A stretch of 64,000 nucleotides of DNA, from assembly GCF_048403405.1 (NCBI RefSeq), contig NZ_CP183129.1; one strand, written 5' to 3'. Below the pieces are notes generated by a model. The model saw only the letters and a list, made by a program, of their open reading frames with translations, had not been told where the DNA came from and did no database searches. Positions 62,614 through 64,000 of this stretch are shown piece by piece. How positions within the stretch are numbered: position 1 is the first letter of the stretch; every line of letters starts with the position of its first letter. Position numbers and translations under genes: made by a program. The stretch is from Escherichia coli. Its GTDB lineage: Bacteria; Pseudomonadota; Gammaproteobacteria; Enterobacterales; Enterobacteriaceae.

Positions 62614-63528
62614 ATGAGTCGTTCACAAAATTTACGCCACAATGTGATTAACCAGGTCATTGATGATATGGCGCGGGGTCATATCCCTTCCCCACTTCCA
62701 TCGCAAAGTGCGCTGGCGGAAATGTACAACATCAGCCGCACTACAGTGCGTCATATTCTCAGCCACTTACGCGAATGCGGCGTCTTAACGCAGGTTGGAA
62801 ACGACTATGTTATTGCGCGTAAACCTGACCATGATGACGGTTTCGCCTGTACTACCGCTTCAATGAGTGAACAAAACAAAGTGTTTGAGCAGGCTTTTTT
62901 CACGATGATAAACCAGCGCCAGTTACGCCCTGGGGAAACTTTTTCTGAACTGCAACTGGCTCGGGCCGCGGGTGTCAGCCCGGTTGTAGTAAGAGAATAT
63001 CTTTTAAAATTCGGCCGTTATAATCTTATTCAAAGCGAAAAGCGCGGCCAGTGGAGCATGAAGCAATTCGATCAATCCTACGCCGAGCAGCTGTTTGAAC
63101 TACGCGAAATGCTCGAAACACATTCACTTCAGCACTTTCTCAACCTGCCTGATCATGATCCCCGCTGGCTGCAGGCGAAAACCATGCTCGAACGTCATCG
63201 GCTACTGCGTGACAACATCGGCAATAGCTTTCGCATGTTCTCGCAACTTGACAGAGATTTTCACTCCTTACTGCTTTCAGCTGCCGACAATATCTTTTTT
63301 GATCAATCTCTTGAGATCATCTCAGTCATCTTTCATTTTCACTATCAATGGGACGAAAGCGATCTTAAACAGCGCAATATCATTGCCGTTGATGAGCATA
63401 TGACCATTCTCAGCGCTCTGATTTGCCGCAGTGACCTTGATGCCACCCTTGCGCTCCGTAACCATTTGAATTCAGCTAAACAATCAATGATTCGATCCAT
63501 TAATGAGAACACGCGTTATGCTCATTAA
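62614..63528 (+). CDS. lgoR: GntR/FadR-type regulator of L-galactonate utilisation
   Basis: 304 aa with an N-terminal GntR wHTH (LPSQSALAEMYNISRTTVRHIL). Confidence 0.85.
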   Translation: MSRSQNLRHNVINQVIDDMARGHIPSPLPSQSALAEMYNISRTTVRHILSHLRECGVLTQVGNDYVIARKPDHDDGFACTTASMSEQNKVFEQAFFTMINQRQLRPGETFSELQLARAAGVSPVVVREYLLKFGRYNLIQSEKRGQWSMKQFDQSYAEQLFELREMLETHSLQHFLNLPDHDPRWLQAKTMLERHRLLRDNIGNSFRMFSQLDRDFHSLLLSAADNIFFDQSLEIISVIFHFHYQWDESDLKQRNIIAVDEHMTILSALICRSDLDATLALRNHLNSAKQSMIRSINENTRYAH

Positions 63529-63742
63529 GTACGGATTAAAAACAGCAAACTATTAGCGGGTGCACGGTTTTATCAAAAGATAAATACCGGGAAATTCCCG
63601 CTTACCTATGCTCACAATCAGTCGACTAAAAATGTTTTTGTGAGCGGTAGTAAAGTCCTAAAACTTTAACCTGCCGTTAATGTCAACCTTGCGTAATGCA
63701 CAATTACGTAAACAATTAAAATTATAAATACAGGAGTCCGGC

Positions 63743-64000
63743 GTGGAAAAAGAAAATATCACCCTCGATCCGCGTTCTTCATTTACTCCATCTTCGTCGG
63801 CAGATATTCCCGTGCCACCAGATGGATTAGTTCAACGCAGTACCCGAATTAAACGCATTCAAACCACCGCCATGTTGTTATTATTTTTTGCGGCGGTAAT
63901 CAATTATCTCGACCGCAGTTCGCTGTCGGTAGCAAATTTAACGATTCGTGAAGAATTGGGATTAAGTGCCACCGAAATCGGCGCTTTGCTCTCCGTGTTT
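63743..64000 (+). CDS. lgoT: L-galactonate:H+ symporter (MFS), 5' part; runs off the window end
   Basis: The GTG at 63743 follows AGGAG. ...RIQTTAMLLLFFAAVINYLDRSSLSVANLTIREELGLS is an ACS-family MFS N-terminus. Confidence 0.8.
   Translation, partial: MEKENITLDPRSSFTPSSSADIPVPPDGLVQRSTRIKRIQTTAMLLLFFAAVINYLDRSSLSVANLTIREELGLSATEIGALLSVF

Overview
Escherichia coli chromosome from the K-12 ~99-min neighbourhood, inverted here. Gene order is prfC | yjjG rimI holD rsmC leuQPV yjjZ fhuF bglJ yjjQ yjjP yjjB dnaT dnaC yjjA opgB lgoD lgoR lgoT'. A ~48.2-kb lambdoid prophage (822-49070) sits inside the first codons of prfC.

The prophage is a mosaic:
- Virion module: an essentially lambda-type set (Nu1 A W B C/Nu3 D E FI FII Z U V G/G-T H M L K I J lom stf) plus cos.
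- Late-regulation/lysis region: Qin-like. It has a QuuQ-type Q, pR'/tR', an S21-type pinholin, a DUF1327 gene, a SAR endolysin and Rz/Rz1. Cold-shock cargo (cspB, cspF, cspI, ynfN, gns, ydfK-like) is interspersed, with a PinQ/R-type serine recombinase at the far end.
- Early-left operon: CPS-53-like (yfdP/Q/R/S-like, DUF551, Xis-like).
- Integrase: P4-type tyrosine integrase next to the att core.

Points worth a second look:
1. An IS1 copy with a 9-bp target duplication sits exactly on the U stop codon, just upstream of V.
2. A ~600-nt ORF-free, hairpin-dense leader plus a strong terminator lies between a pL-like promoter and the first early-left gene. No N-like gene is visible.
3. An AT-rich orphan gene next to int carries an Rx5H (HEPN-like) motif.
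4. Two unknown genes are translationally coupled between the cII-like and O-like genes.
5. The O-like protein ends in the same tail as host DnaT. It contains iterons, and no helicase-loader gene follows it.
6. SOS-related cargo includes tandem LexA boxes in front of a DinI-like gene and a LexA-DNA-binding-domain-only protein.

All family assignments come from reading the translated ORFs against remembered family sequences. No database search was run.
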